This document shows, in pieces, positions 18,630-27,158 of a stretch of 51,129 bases of DNA. Every line of letters begins with the position of its first letter. Within the stretch, counting starts at the first letter, position 1. The notes under the pieces were generated by a model. That model was not told where the DNA came from and did no database searches. It saw only the letters and a program-made list of their open reading frames with translations. The DNA is from a virus, in the IMG/VR virus record IMGVR_UViG_3300033412_000644; one strand, 5' to 3'. The position numbers were made by a program, and so were the translations under genes.

Positions 18630-19379
18630 ATGACGAAACCCAATAGCACTGAAATCATCTTCGTCGTCGACCGCAGTGGTTCGATGTCCAGCATCGCCAA
18701 GGCAATGAGCGACGGCTTCGATGAGTTCATCAACAAGCAGAAGCAAGAGCCCGGCGAGTGCAAGGTCACCGCCACACAGTTCGACGACAAGTACGACGTG
18801 CTCTACACTGCGAAGCCTCTCAACGAGGTGACGGCCTACACGCTGGAGCCGCGCGGCATGACCGCACTGCTCGACGCCATCGGCAAGACGATCATCGACA
18901 CCGGGTCGCGCCTGGCAAAGATGTCGGAGTCGCAGCGCCCGAGCCAGGTGTTGTTCGTCATCATCACTGATGGCGGCGAGAACTCTTCACAGGAGTTCAA
19001 GGGCGAGGAAGGCCGCAAGCGCGTCTTCGACATGATCACCCACCAGCGCGAGAAGTACCAGTGGGAGTTCGTCTTCCTCGGTGCCAACCAGGACGCCATT
19101 GCTGTCGGCACCAGCCTCGGCATCAGCGCCACCAACAGCGTCACCTACGACGCCAACGCCGTCGGCAGCAAGGGCCTGATGCGAGGCCTTTCGGCCAACG
19201 TGGCCCGCTACCGTTCCAGCGGTCAGGGTCGCATGGACAACTTGTACGACCAGGCGTCCTACAACGCCGCCGTCAAGGACGAGGACGACGACCAGAATTC
19301 GCTACTGAAGGCAACGCCCGACCCCAAGGTCACCATCGCAGGCATCGGCTCTACGCCGTCCACGCCTGTGAAGCCGTAA
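18630..19379 (+). CDS. von Willebrand factor A domain protein
   Basis: MIDAS motif DRSGSMS after beta-strand IIFVV, then a downstream TALLDAIG motif. Confidence 0.7.
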   Translation: MTKPNSTEIIFVVDRSGSMSSIAKAMSDGFDEFINKQKQEPGECKVTATQFDDKYDVLYTAKPLNEVTAYTLEPRGMTALLDAIGKTIIDTGSRLAKMSESQRPSQVLFVIITDGGENSSQEFKGEEGRKRVFDMITHQREKYQWEFVFLGANQDAIAVGTSLGISATNSVTYDANAVGSKGLMRGLSANVARYRSSGQGRMDNLYDQASYNAAVKDEDDDQNSLLKATPDPKVTIAGIGSTPSTPVKP

Positions 19380-19450
19380 CGAGCCTTCAGCAGCGAATCC
19401 CTTCAAGGGGCGGCAGTGCACACTGACCGCCCTTTGTTGTATGTTGTGGC

Positions 19451-19696
19451 ATGAGGATCAACAAGGAAACTTTCAGGATGTTCAGTGGCTGCCTGCGGCA
19501 GCTCGGTCTCATCACCTTCGGCCACGATGGTCGCACCATTCCCATCGACGAGTTCTGCCAGGCTATGGGCCAGTTCGATCCAGCGCTGGCGGTCAAGATC
19601 AAGGCGTGGCACGTGGCGTCGCAAGCGCTGCTGCAACACATCGACGAGCGGAGCGAAGGCGCCCAGCCTCCGGGCATGATCAAGTTCAGGCTGTGA
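19451..19696 (+). CDS. hypothetical protein
   Basis: 81-aa ORF. Confidence 0.35.
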   Translation: MRINKETFRMFSGCLRQLGLITFGHDGRTIPIDEFCQAMGQFDPALAVKIKAWHVASQALLQHIDERSEGAQPPGMIKFRL

Positions 19697-19932
19697 TGCA
19701 AACGACACGCTTCGTACAGGACGCGCCCATCCGGACGACCCGAGACCTGAAGACGACGAGCTTCTTCAAGCGAGTCATGTCAGGCACTGAGGTCGAGCTC
19801 TTGGAGCAAGCAATCGCGGACAACGGCCAGCAGGTCTCCAAGGTCAGGATGAATGATGGAACTGAAGGATGGACAAGCAGCTGGCACCTCGACTTACACA
19901 GCCGAGCTGATCAAGCAACGAGTCGACGCTGA
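19696..19932 (+). CDS. hypothetical protein
   Basis: TGATG overlap with the upstream stop. 78 aa. Confidence 0.3.
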   Translation: MQTTRFVQDAPIRTTRDLKTTSFFKRVMSGTEVELLEQAIADNGQQVSKVRMNDGTEGWTSSWHLDLHSRADQATSRR

Positions 19933-20203
19933 CATCGATCGTTTGCTGGCGCCGTGGTTGGTGGGACGCCCACCCAACTACACGATGGACAGCGCCGCCA
20001 AGTACACGGTCGCCGTCGGCTATTGGTTGGCCGAGGAGCTGACGCGCATCGGCTGCAATGAAGCTGACCGCAAGACGCAGTGTTGGAAGTTCAACCGACA
20101 CAGCCGGACCTGGGACATCTTCGACGTTGCCGCTGAGTGCATGAATGAAGCAGTCGAAGGGCGCGTTGAACAGAATCGGAAGCCACACCGGAGGTGGGGA
20201 TGA
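19853..20203 (+). CDS. hypothetical protein
   Basis: 116-aa ORF. Start uncertain (the internal ATG at 19985 avoids an overlap). Confidence 0.3.
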   Translation: MMELKDGQAAGTSTYTAELIKQRVDADIDRLLAPWLVGRPPNYTMDSAAKYTVAVGYWLAEELTRIGCNEADRKTQCWKFNRHSRTWDIFDVAAECMNEAVEGRVEQNRKPHRRWG

Positions 20204-20535
20204 TGCGCTATCGGCACATCCACCGGCGTCCCAAGCGACGGGTTCGACCCGGCCGCAGCAAGATTCACGGTCGGGGTGCCTTCGCTACGCACGTCCTATT
20301 GAAGGGTGAGGTGTTCACCATCAATCACCTAGGACGGCGCAAGTGGGGTGGGTTCAATCACTCCTGTCGACCCAACGTCATCTTGTGCTGGACCCAAGAC
20401 GGTGATCAGTTCTGTGTCGCTCTGCGTCGCATCGAACGGCGCGAGGAGTTGACCGTCAGCTACAGCATCAAGCACGGCCGCCTTCGCAGCGGCGAACGCT
20501 GCAACTGCCCACACCACAAGAGGAAATCAAAATGA
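20200..20535 (+). CDS. minimal SET-domain protein lysine methyltransferase
   Basis: GRGAFATHVLLKGEVF, NHSCRPNV and EELTVSY motifs, with a Cys-rich post-SET tail. GGAGGTGGGG Shine-Dalgarno at 20190-20199. Confidence 0.65.
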   Translation: MMRYRHIHRRPKRRVRPGRSKIHGRGAFATHVLLKGEVFTINHLGRRKWGGFNHSCRPNVILCWTQDGDQFCVALRRIERREELTVSYSIKHGRLRSGERCNCPHHKRKSK

Positions 20536-20807
20536 GCCTGTCACCAAAGACCGATGAGCAACTCGACGCGGAGCTGGCGATGTTTGGCATGCGCAAGCTC
20601 GGTGACGAGTGGGTGCCCGTCCTCAAGCGCCACGCCAAGGGACTCGACGCGTGTCCCGGCTGCAACGGCTTCGGCACCTACGGCATGCCGCTGTGCGGTG
20701 CGGTCTACGCCTGTGACAAGTGCGAAGGTGACGGCAAGCGCCGAGGTGTACCCACCGTCTGGGAGAGGGTACGTTTCTGGTGGAAGGGTCTATTCAAACG
20801 AGGTTGA
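20532..20807 (+). CDS. zinc-ribbon protein
   Basis: CPGCNG...C...CDKCEGDG cysteine pairs. AGAGGAAA Shine-Dalgarno upstream. Confidence 0.4.
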   Translation: MSLSPKTDEQLDAELAMFGMRKLGDEWVPVLKRHAKGLDACPGCNGFGTYGMPLCGAVYACDKCEGDGKRRGVPTVWERVRFWWKGLFKRG

Positions 20808-20808
20808 C

Positions 20809-20985
20809 ATGACACGCAAAGGAATTCGGATGGTCATCGACGACCTGTCGATGCAAGTGTTTCACATCCAGGACAAGCGCGAGCGCTTGAACGAGGAGGA
20901 GGCACGGCTCCGGGCGCGCATCAAAGAGCTCGAGGTCGACCTGCAGGAACCTATCGTCGGACTGCCGATCGTCCAAGTAGGTTGA
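20809..20985 (+). CDS. small coiled-coil protein
   Basis: 58-aa ORF between the flanking genes. Confidence 0.3.
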   Translation: MTRKGIRMVIDDLSMQVFHIQDKRERLNEEEARLRARIKELEVDLQEPIVGLPIVQVG

Positions 20986-21007
20986 TGTGAGGTACCGCAA
21001 CGACAAC

Positions 21008-21913
21008 ATGCTGCTGCGCATTGCTCAGGCTGATGCCTACGGCATGGCGCGTGAATACGTCAAGACCAAAGACGCACCTGATCACGTTGCCGAGTGCCTC
21101 AAGCTGGAGCGCTACCTGCGCCACCCTACATACCATAAGTTGCCGGCCGGCACCTACACTGACGACACCCAGATGTCGATCGCAGTGAGCGAGGTCCTGA
21201 TCAACAAGCACGGCGACGCCACCCACGAAGAGTGGGCCGAGGCGTTCTTCCAGGCGTTCAAGCGCGACCAACGAGACGGCTACTCCCGCCACTTCCAGGC
21301 GATCCTCGAGGAGGCCAGGGACAGCACCCACATGCGGTCGTTGCTGACGCCGACGTCGACTGCCAACGGCGCTTGCATGCGTGCAGTCCCGTTGGGCGTG
21401 TTGCCCAGCAAGAAGACGCTGCTTGAGGTCGCCGCCAAACAGGCGATGGTGACCCACGCGACCTACGGTGGCATCAATTCAGCCAGCGCCGTCGCCCTGA
21501 TGTCACACTTTGCCCTCTACGACCGTCGAGACTTTGCTTGCCTCTACGACTGGTGTTGCCATTGGCTGCCGGCGTTTGAGCTTTTCCGTGAGCCTTGGGT
21601 GGGCCCGGTGCAGGAGAATTCAAAGGACAAGAGGGGTCTCGGAGTCGGTATGAACACCGCGTGGGCGGTGAGCACCCTGCTCCGCGAAGAGAAGTCTTTG
21701 ATGGCGATCCTACGGCGCACCATCGAGTGGGGAGGCGACACCGATTCTGTCGCCGCGGTCGCCTGGGGAATTGCCTCGGCGCGGTACCAGGACGAGCAGC
21801 TGCCTGAGTTCTTCGAAAGAGATCTCGAAAAAGATAGTGGCAGCGCGTATGGGCCTACGTACCTGAAAGCGCTAGGCAAACAGCTGATGGACGCCTACAA
21901 CCCGCGCAGATAA
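21008..21913 (+). CDS. ADP-ribosylglycohydrolase (ARH/DraG family)
   Basis: C-terminal GGDTDSVAAVAWGIA matches the ARH GGDTDT motif. N-terminal LRIAQADAYGM. Start is 20987 (GTG) or 21008 (ATG). Confidence 0.65.
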   Translation: MLLRIAQADAYGMAREYVKTKDAPDHVAECLKLERYLRHPTYHKLPAGTYTDDTQMSIAVSEVLINKHGDATHEEWAEAFFQAFKRDQRDGYSRHFQAILEEARDSTHMRSLLTPTSTANGACMRAVPLGVLPSKKTLLEVAAKQAMVTHATYGGINSASAVALMSHFALYDRRDFACLYDWCCHWLPAFELFREPWVGPVQENSKDKRGLGVGMNTAWAVSTLLREEKSLMAILRRTIEWGGDTDSVAAVAWGIASARYQDEQLPEFFERDLEKDSGSAYGPTYLKALGKQLMDAYNPRR

Positions 21914-21943
21914 AACACCTCCCGCAGGTCGTATGGTGGCAGC

Positions 21944-22984
21944 ATGAGCCACTTCACACTGACGGTCCGACTATCCGCTGAGCGTCTACGTCAACACGAT
22001 GACGACATCGAGTCGGCACTGGAGGAAATCCTCGCGCCCTACAACGAGCAGACCGAGGACCGGAAGTTCCAGGAGTTCCAGGACAACGAGGACGAGTACC
22101 TCGACGAGTACGAGAACAAGTCCACCAAGAAGATCAAAGGACCGCGTGGTCACCTCTACTGGCCTTGGGACGACAAGTTCCGCGTCAAAGGATCGTTCGG
22201 CACCGGCTCCGGCACCCACGATTACAAGCAGCTCGCCGGCTACACTGAGGTCGAGGTCCCATTCAAGAAGCTGTACGCCACCTTCGATGAGTTCTGCTCG
22301 CAGTACCACAGCAGCGAGCGCGATGCAGAGAAGGGTCGGCACGGTTACTGGCGCAATCCCAATGCAAAGTGGGACTGGTGGGTCATCGGTGGACGATGGT
22401 CGGGTCACTATCCTCTGAAGTCGACAGCACCGCGGCGCCTGGGCGAGTCCGGTGCCTTCAACAATGCGCCGACCCCCGATCACGGTGACATCGTCCGCAT
22501 CAGCGACCTCGACACCGACATCATCGCTACACAGACTCGAGAGAATGCCGAGAAGTTCTATGAGGAGTACGTCAAGCTGCTCGCTGGCGAGAAGTTCGAT
22601 GCCTTCGACGGACCTCGGAGTCGAGCGATGTCGCTGGGCCTGTTGCGAGTCGAACAGAAACCGGTCGAAGCGGGTCCTGGCGAAGTGGCGATGTCATGGC
22701 GTGACTCGGTGCGAGCTGACGACAAGCGTGCTGACTGGACCGACGTCGCCAAAGTCATCGACCGGGAGACCTTCCTGAGGGACTACACCGACTGCTTCAA
22801 TCCGATCCTGACTTACGCCGCTCTGGACGAAGAGGGTTGGCACGCTCCCGGGGAGATGGGCTGGTTCGGTTGCTCCAGCGACACACCGGAGGCGTACCTT
22901 CAGTTCAAGAATGAGTTCGTCCGACGCTTCATCAAGACTGCAGCGGCCGACGATGTGTTGGTCTGTGTGGACTGTCACATCTGA
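21944..22984 (+). CDS. hypothetical protein
   Basis: 346 aa, acidic N-terminal region, no recognised domain. Confidence 0.45.
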   Translation: MSHFTLTVRLSAERLRQHDDDIESALEEILAPYNEQTEDRKFQEFQDNEDEYLDEYENKSTKKIKGPRGHLYWPWDDKFRVKGSFGTGSGTHDYKQLAGYTEVEVPFKKLYATFDEFCSQYHSSERDAEKGRHGYWRNPNAKWDWWVIGGRWSGHYPLKSTAPRRLGESGAFNNAPTPDHGDIVRISDLDTDIIATQTRENAEKFYEEYVKLLAGEKFDAFDGPRSRAMSLGLLRVEQKPVEAGPGEVAMSWRDSVRADDKRADWTDVAKVIDRETFLRDYTDCFNPILTYAALDEEGWHAPGEMGWFGCSSDTPEAYLQFKNEFVRRFIKTAAADDVLVCVDCHI

Positions 22985-22990
22985 GGCACC

Positions 22991-23356
22991 ATGAGCTACA
23001 ACATCGACAGCGTCGATACGCCAGTGCTCAACGCTTGGATCCTGAAGAAGGACCTAAAGCGACTGTACAAGAAGCTCGAGGGCGACCTGCCCGAGATGAA
23101 CGTACTGGAAGAACACTTGGATGACGAGCCCGACGAGGACGGTCGCATCAAGTTGCGCAGCTTCGAATGGTGCGGCACTTGGTCGGGCAACTCGTGGAAG
23201 ACGCTAATCAAGCAGGTGGCGCCCAAAGTGATGGGCGAAGTCGAAGCCATCTTCACTTGGGAAGGTGGCGACAGCATCGGCGGTCTCCTCATCAAGGACG
23301 GCAAGGTCGCTGAAGTCGATGTCAAACAACAATTGGTCAGACCAGAAGGTTGGTGA
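22991..23356 (+). CDS. hypothetical protein
   Basis: 121 aa. Confidence 0.4.
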   Translation: MSYNIDSVDTPVLNAWILKKDLKRLYKKLEGDLPEMNVLEEHLDDEPDEDGRIKLRSFEWCGTWSGNSWKTLIKQVAPKVMGEVEAIFTWEGGDSIGGLLIKDGKVAEVDVKQQLVRPEGW

Positions 23357-24171
23357 CAGTGTGCACGCTGATCATCTTGAATGAGCACCATGACGATTGG
23401 CCGTTGATCATTGCGGCCAACCGCGACGAATTCTATGATCGGCCGTCAGCAGGTCCCGACCTCTTTGACACGCTGCCGCTTGCCATCATTGCTCCCAAGG
23501 ATTTGGAGCGAGGTGGCACCTGGATGGGTGCGACGCAGACGGGTTGGTTTGTCGGTCTCACCAACCAAGACGACGGCGACCACCGTGAAGGCATGGAGTC
23601 GCGAGGTCAAGTGGTCGCCGACTGCCTACGACTGTCGGGACACAAGGAGATTGCGCGCTACCTCATTGGCCTCAACCCAGAGAAGTACAACCCATTCAAC
23701 CTCGTCTTCGGCCGACCGGGAGCGATGTTCCTGAGCAAGGTGCACCGCGGTACTGAGGTCGACATGGAGATCATCCCGCAAGGCATCACCGTCATTTCGA
23801 ACGACTGTTCGGATGCCAGGGCGTACCAACGCAAGGTCAACCACGCGCTGGTGCTGGCGGGGTCGGTGGAATTCGATGACCCACTCGATGAGGTCGTGCG
23901 AAAGCTTCACTTGGTGTTGAGTGATCACTCACACTCGTATCCGAACCCGTACCAGTCATTGTGTGTTCACGATACCGAACGTGGCTTTGGTACACGATCT
24001 TCGGCAGTTGTCGCGGTGTCAAAAGAGGGCGACGTACGCTACTATCACTCTGAGGGGCCTGCGTGTCAGGTTGACACCATTCCGCTAGTGCGTGAACTGA
24101 TGACGTTGGATCTCAGCGATTTGGAAGAACCCACTGAGCTGACAGACGACGACATCGAGGTGATCGGATGA
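23350..24171 (+). CDS. NRDE-family protein (TANGO2-like, DUF833)
   Basis: LIIAANRDEFYDRPS and GGTWMG...GLTNQ match the TANGO2 N terminus closely. GTG start overlapping the upstream stop. Confidence 0.78.
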   Translation: MVTVCTLIILNEHHDDWPLIIAANRDEFYDRPSAGPDLFDTLPLAIIAPKDLERGGTWMGATQTGWFVGLTNQDDGDHREGMESRGQVVADCLRLSGHKEIARYLIGLNPEKYNPFNLVFGRPGAMFLSKVHRGTEVDMEIIPQGITVISNDCSDARAYQRKVNHALVLAGSVEFDDPLDEVVRKLHLVLSDHSHSYPNPYQSLCVHDTERGFGTRSSAVVAVSKEGDVRYYHSEGPACQVDTIPLVRELMTLDLSDLEEPTELTDDDIEVIG

Positions 24172-24860
24172 AACGAGCAACGACTGCACTTGACGCGCTG
24201 CAACAACACGATGGTCAGAAGGTACGGGCTTACGGCAAGAACTTCAAGTCGTTGGTCGGCGCTGGATCTTGGGAGATCTCGGGCTTTCACTACGGTCACA
24301 GTCGCTGTGCATGTTGCGGACGTCCCATCAGCCGAGTGCTGCACCTGAAGAATCAGGCACACGACGCCATCAGCAAAGCTGACCCGAACTACCTTTTCAC
24401 TGAGGAGGTAGACATCGGCATCGTCTGCGGGCCACGAGTCTTCATTGAATCGTGTGCCGGCTTCTACGATGACCCGAACCGAGAATGGGAGCGACAATGG
24501 CGAGTCTGGAAGGGTTACGTCGACTACGTCATCTTGTGCGTGCAGAACAAGGACCTGTGGGATGCACTGCCCACGGACCTGCGCACGCCCGTCGACCAGT
24601 ACCTCGAAGAAGGCTACAAATCGGCAGACCACAGCGGTCCGTGGTGGATCCTGCGAGACGCCAAGCGTCGCTACCTCAGGACCAAGCGTGCCAAGACGGG
24701 GGAACTTCCGGATCTGCGAGCGCTGTATTACAATGCACGTGGGGTGGTATACGGTGCCAAACGCCTCCAACTGATCCCGTTGCAGTGGGAGCTGACCAAC
24801 GAGCTGAAGCTGAACACCCATGAAGAAGTGGGCGGAACTACGCAAAGCGAAGGAGTCTGA
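24168..24860 (+). CDS. hypothetical protein
   Basis: 230 aa. ATGA overlap with the upstream gene. Confidence 0.45.
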   Translation: MKRATTALDALQQHDGQKVRAYGKNFKSLVGAGSWEISGFHYGHSRCACCGRPISRVLHLKNQAHDAISKADPNYLFTEEVDIGIVCGPRVFIESCAGFYDDPNREWERQWRVWKGYVDYVILCVQNKDLWDALPTDLRTPVDQYLEEGYKSADHSGPWWILRDAKRRYLRTKRAKTGELPDLRALYYNARGVVYGAKRLQLIPLQWELTNELKLNTHEEVGGTTQSEGV

Positions 24861-24861
24861 C

Positions 24862-26319
24862 ATGGCGAGACGGCGGACGCGATTGCCTGTAGGTGAAGGG
24901 CAAGAGCAGGAGATGTCCTTCCTGGATGAGCTGAAGAGCACATTGCAGGTCGGCCGCGTCAAGAAGATGTTCCGCGTCGGCACTGAGGTGTTCGGTGCGT
25001 GCCAACCTTTCATTGAGAAACCTACCTGGTGGAACGCCGGCAAGGCCGCGCTGGGTATCGGCAAGGTGCTGGTCGATGATGTCGAGGTGTGGTCGCACGA
25101 CTACTTCGACGGCGACGAATGGACGTTGCCCTACTCACGCGACTTCAATGGCACCATCCTCGGAGTGTTGTCCAAGTTCCCGTTCCAGACGATGCGGACC
25201 GCGGAGGAGAACAGCTTCGTCCGCATCGTCGACATGGGCGGCATCAAGGCGGGCTACATCTACAACTCTCGCCTCAACACCGTCGACAACATCTACGTTG
25301 AGACGTCTAAGCTCAACGAAGCAAGGGAGATCATCAAGAAGTTGTTGTGGGAGCAGTTCCAGGGACAGCCTCTGGTGATGCGGCACAACCGGCGCATGGT
25401 CATCAGCAGTGATGAACCTCGCATCGTCTTTGAGGTGGACGACGCCTTTCATCCCATGCCCAGTGAGAAGGCGACTGAGTACAGCGCCTACCTGAAGCGC
25501 TGCCTCGATGCTGACGTACCCAGGAGCGTCATGCTGTATGGGCCGCCGGGCACCGGCAAGTCGACGATGGCCCGCACTCTGGTCGAGACGTTGGGCCTGC
25601 GCTCCTTCCGCATCCGCGTTGAGGACGTCAGCGGTCTGGAGAACAGCACGCTGTTTGAGGCCATCACCATCTTCGAGCCTGACGCTGTCATCTTGGATGA
25701 CTTCGATCGAGCCCACGCTCAAGCAGCGTTGTTGGAGACGTTGGAGTTCTTCCAACGCCACGTCAAGCTGGTGGTGTCGACCGTCAATGACAAGAGCCAA
25801 CTCGATGAAGCTCTGCTGCGGCCTGGCCGCTTTGACGAGCTCGTCCTCATCGACAAGATGGATGAAGGTGTCGTTCGCCTCATCCTCGGCGAGTACGCTG
25901 ATGGGTTCGAGACAGTCAAGGATTGGCCCATCGCCTTCATCCAGGAGTACGTCAAGCGCCGTCGGTTCATGTCAGCCGACGAAGCCGCCAAGTCGACTGA
26001 GGAGCTGGCACGTCGGGTCCGCCGCCTCGACAAGTACCGGGGCGACCAGGAGGAGGATGAGACGGGCCGGATGCTGCGGATCATGAAGAAGCGCGGCACG
26101 GGAGGCCTTCTCGTCGAAGACCTCGAGGGTGTTGAAGAAGAGGATGAGGACGAGGAGGAAGTTCCACCCAGGCCTCAGGCCAGCGCGAAGCCCGGCGCTT
26201 CGACGAGCTTCGAAGACTTCCTGAAGGAGAACAAGATCGTTCCGTGGGAAGAAGTGTCACCACGACTCAAGAAGCGACTGAACAGGATCGTTCAACGATT
26301 CCGAAAGGCAGGCCGTTGA
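24862..26319 (+). CDS. AAA+ ATPase with acidic C-terminal tail
   Basis: Walker A MLYGPPGTGKST, Walker B ILDDFD, sensor/arginine region, then an EDEDEEE tail. Start taken at the ATG just after the upstream stop. Confidence 0.78.
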   Translation: MARRRTRLPVGEGQEQEMSFLDELKSTLQVGRVKKMFRVGTEVFGACQPFIEKPTWWNAGKAALGIGKVLVDDVEVWSHDYFDGDEWTLPYSRDFNGTILGVLSKFPFQTMRTAEENSFVRIVDMGGIKAGYIYNSRLNTVDNIYVETSKLNEAREIIKKLLWEQFQGQPLVMRHNRRMVISSDEPRIVFEVDDAFHPMPSEKATEYSAYLKRCLDADVPRSVMLYGPPGTGKSTMARTLVETLGLRSFRIRVEDVSGLENSTLFEAITIFEPDAVILDDFDRAHAQAALLETLEFFQRHVKLVVSTVNDKSQLDEALLRPGRFDELVLIDKMDEGVVRLILGEYADGFETVKDWPIAFIQEYVKRRRFMSADEAAKSTEELARRVRRLDKYRGDQEEDETGRMLRIMKKRGTGGLLVEDLEGVEEEDEDEEEVPPRPQASAKPGASTSFEDFLKENKIVPWEEVSPRLKKRLNRIVQRFRKAGR

Positions 26320-26416
26320 TGAAACTCGGCATCTGAAAAGCGCATGTCGTCCGCTACTTAGATTATGGTGTCAACATGGACCCAGGACTTCACATCCCCA
26401 CCAACACGCTAGAGAA

Positions 26417-26478
26417 AGCCCCGAAGGGGGCTGCTCAGGGGGTTTCCACGCCGGCACGTCCGGCGTGTCGTCATTTCT
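26417..26478 (+). terminator. two stem-loops downstream of the AAA ATPase gene (candidate intrinsic terminator)
   Basis: AGCCCC-GAAG-GGGGCT at 26417-26432. CACGCCGG-CACGT-CCGGCGTG at 26447-26467 followed by the U-rich run TCGTCATTTCT. Confidence 0.35.
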
Positions 26479-26531
26479 GGGTCCGGCACCGCGTGGAGGT
26501 GAGCCCACTTTCGGGCAACTAGGAATGAGTC

Positions 26532-26831
26532 ATGGCTAGCTATTCTAAAGCATCGATGGCAACCCGCAACCCAGCTGATGTCAAAGGTCCCCTGAGCGAG
26601 TGCACCGAATTCGTGATGCACAAGTCGCAGCAGCAGATCTTCGCAGGCATCCAGCGTAAGATCGTCGACTACACGGAGCACCGGCTGCTGCGCTACATGT
26701 CCAATGTCAAGGACCCGCAGCAGAAGCAGGTGTTGATGGCGATGATCAAGGACTACCGTGACGGCAACATCGCCGTCGCCTGGCGTCGGGGTCAACCAGT
26801 CTACGTCAGGGTGATGAAAGAAGGAGTCTAG
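26532..26831 (+). CDS. hypothetical protein
   Basis: 99 aa. AGGAA upstream of the start. Confidence 0.4.
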   Translation: MASYSKASMATRNPADVKGPLSECTEFVMHKSQQQIFAGIQRKIVDYTEHRLLRYMSNVKDPQQKQVLMAMIKDYRDGNIAVAWRRGQPVYVRVMKEGV

Positions 26832-26832
26832 C

Positions 26833-27126
26833 GTGCCTGACCTTGCGTACCTCGATGAACTCAACACTGCGATGGCACGGGTGCAGAACGCCTGTGATGG
26901 CGTGCCTCTGCCGATGAATGCGGTCGATGACTACGTGGTCGTCAGTGCAAACAAGGACAGTGATCCGACGATGGCCGAACGATGGCTGAGCCAACTACAG
27001 AATGACGGCTTCGTATTGTCATCCGGCGACTCGACGAACGCCTTGCTGAGGGATGAAGTCGACCGGGCACAGGTCAACCTGGTCGATTCGAACAACTACG
27101 TCGTCATGAAGATCTGGCTGAAGTGA
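26833..27126 (+). CDS. hypothetical protein (GTG start)
   Basis: AAGGAG at 26821-26826, a 6-nt spacer, then GTG at 26833. Confidence 0.4.
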   Translation: MPDLAYLDELNTAMARVQNACDGVPLPMNAVDDYVVVSANKDSDPTMAERWLSQLQNDGFVLSSGDSTNALLRDEVDRAQVNLVDSNNYVVMKIWLK

Positions 27127-27158
27127 AACAGGTGGGCGTGCAGCGGTAGAATCGTTGC

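Noticed and set aside
26320-26531. Possible tRNA or small RNA in the largest noncoding gap
   Set aside because: No T-loop (GGTTCGANTCC-like) or cloverleaf arrangement. Only two simple hairpins, better explained as a terminator.
27127-27158. sigma-32 heat-shock promoter upstream of groEL
   Set aside because: Only a TGAAAC element and a TAGAAT -10-like hexamer are present, with no CCCCATNT motif. This is insufficient to call a heat-shock promoter.
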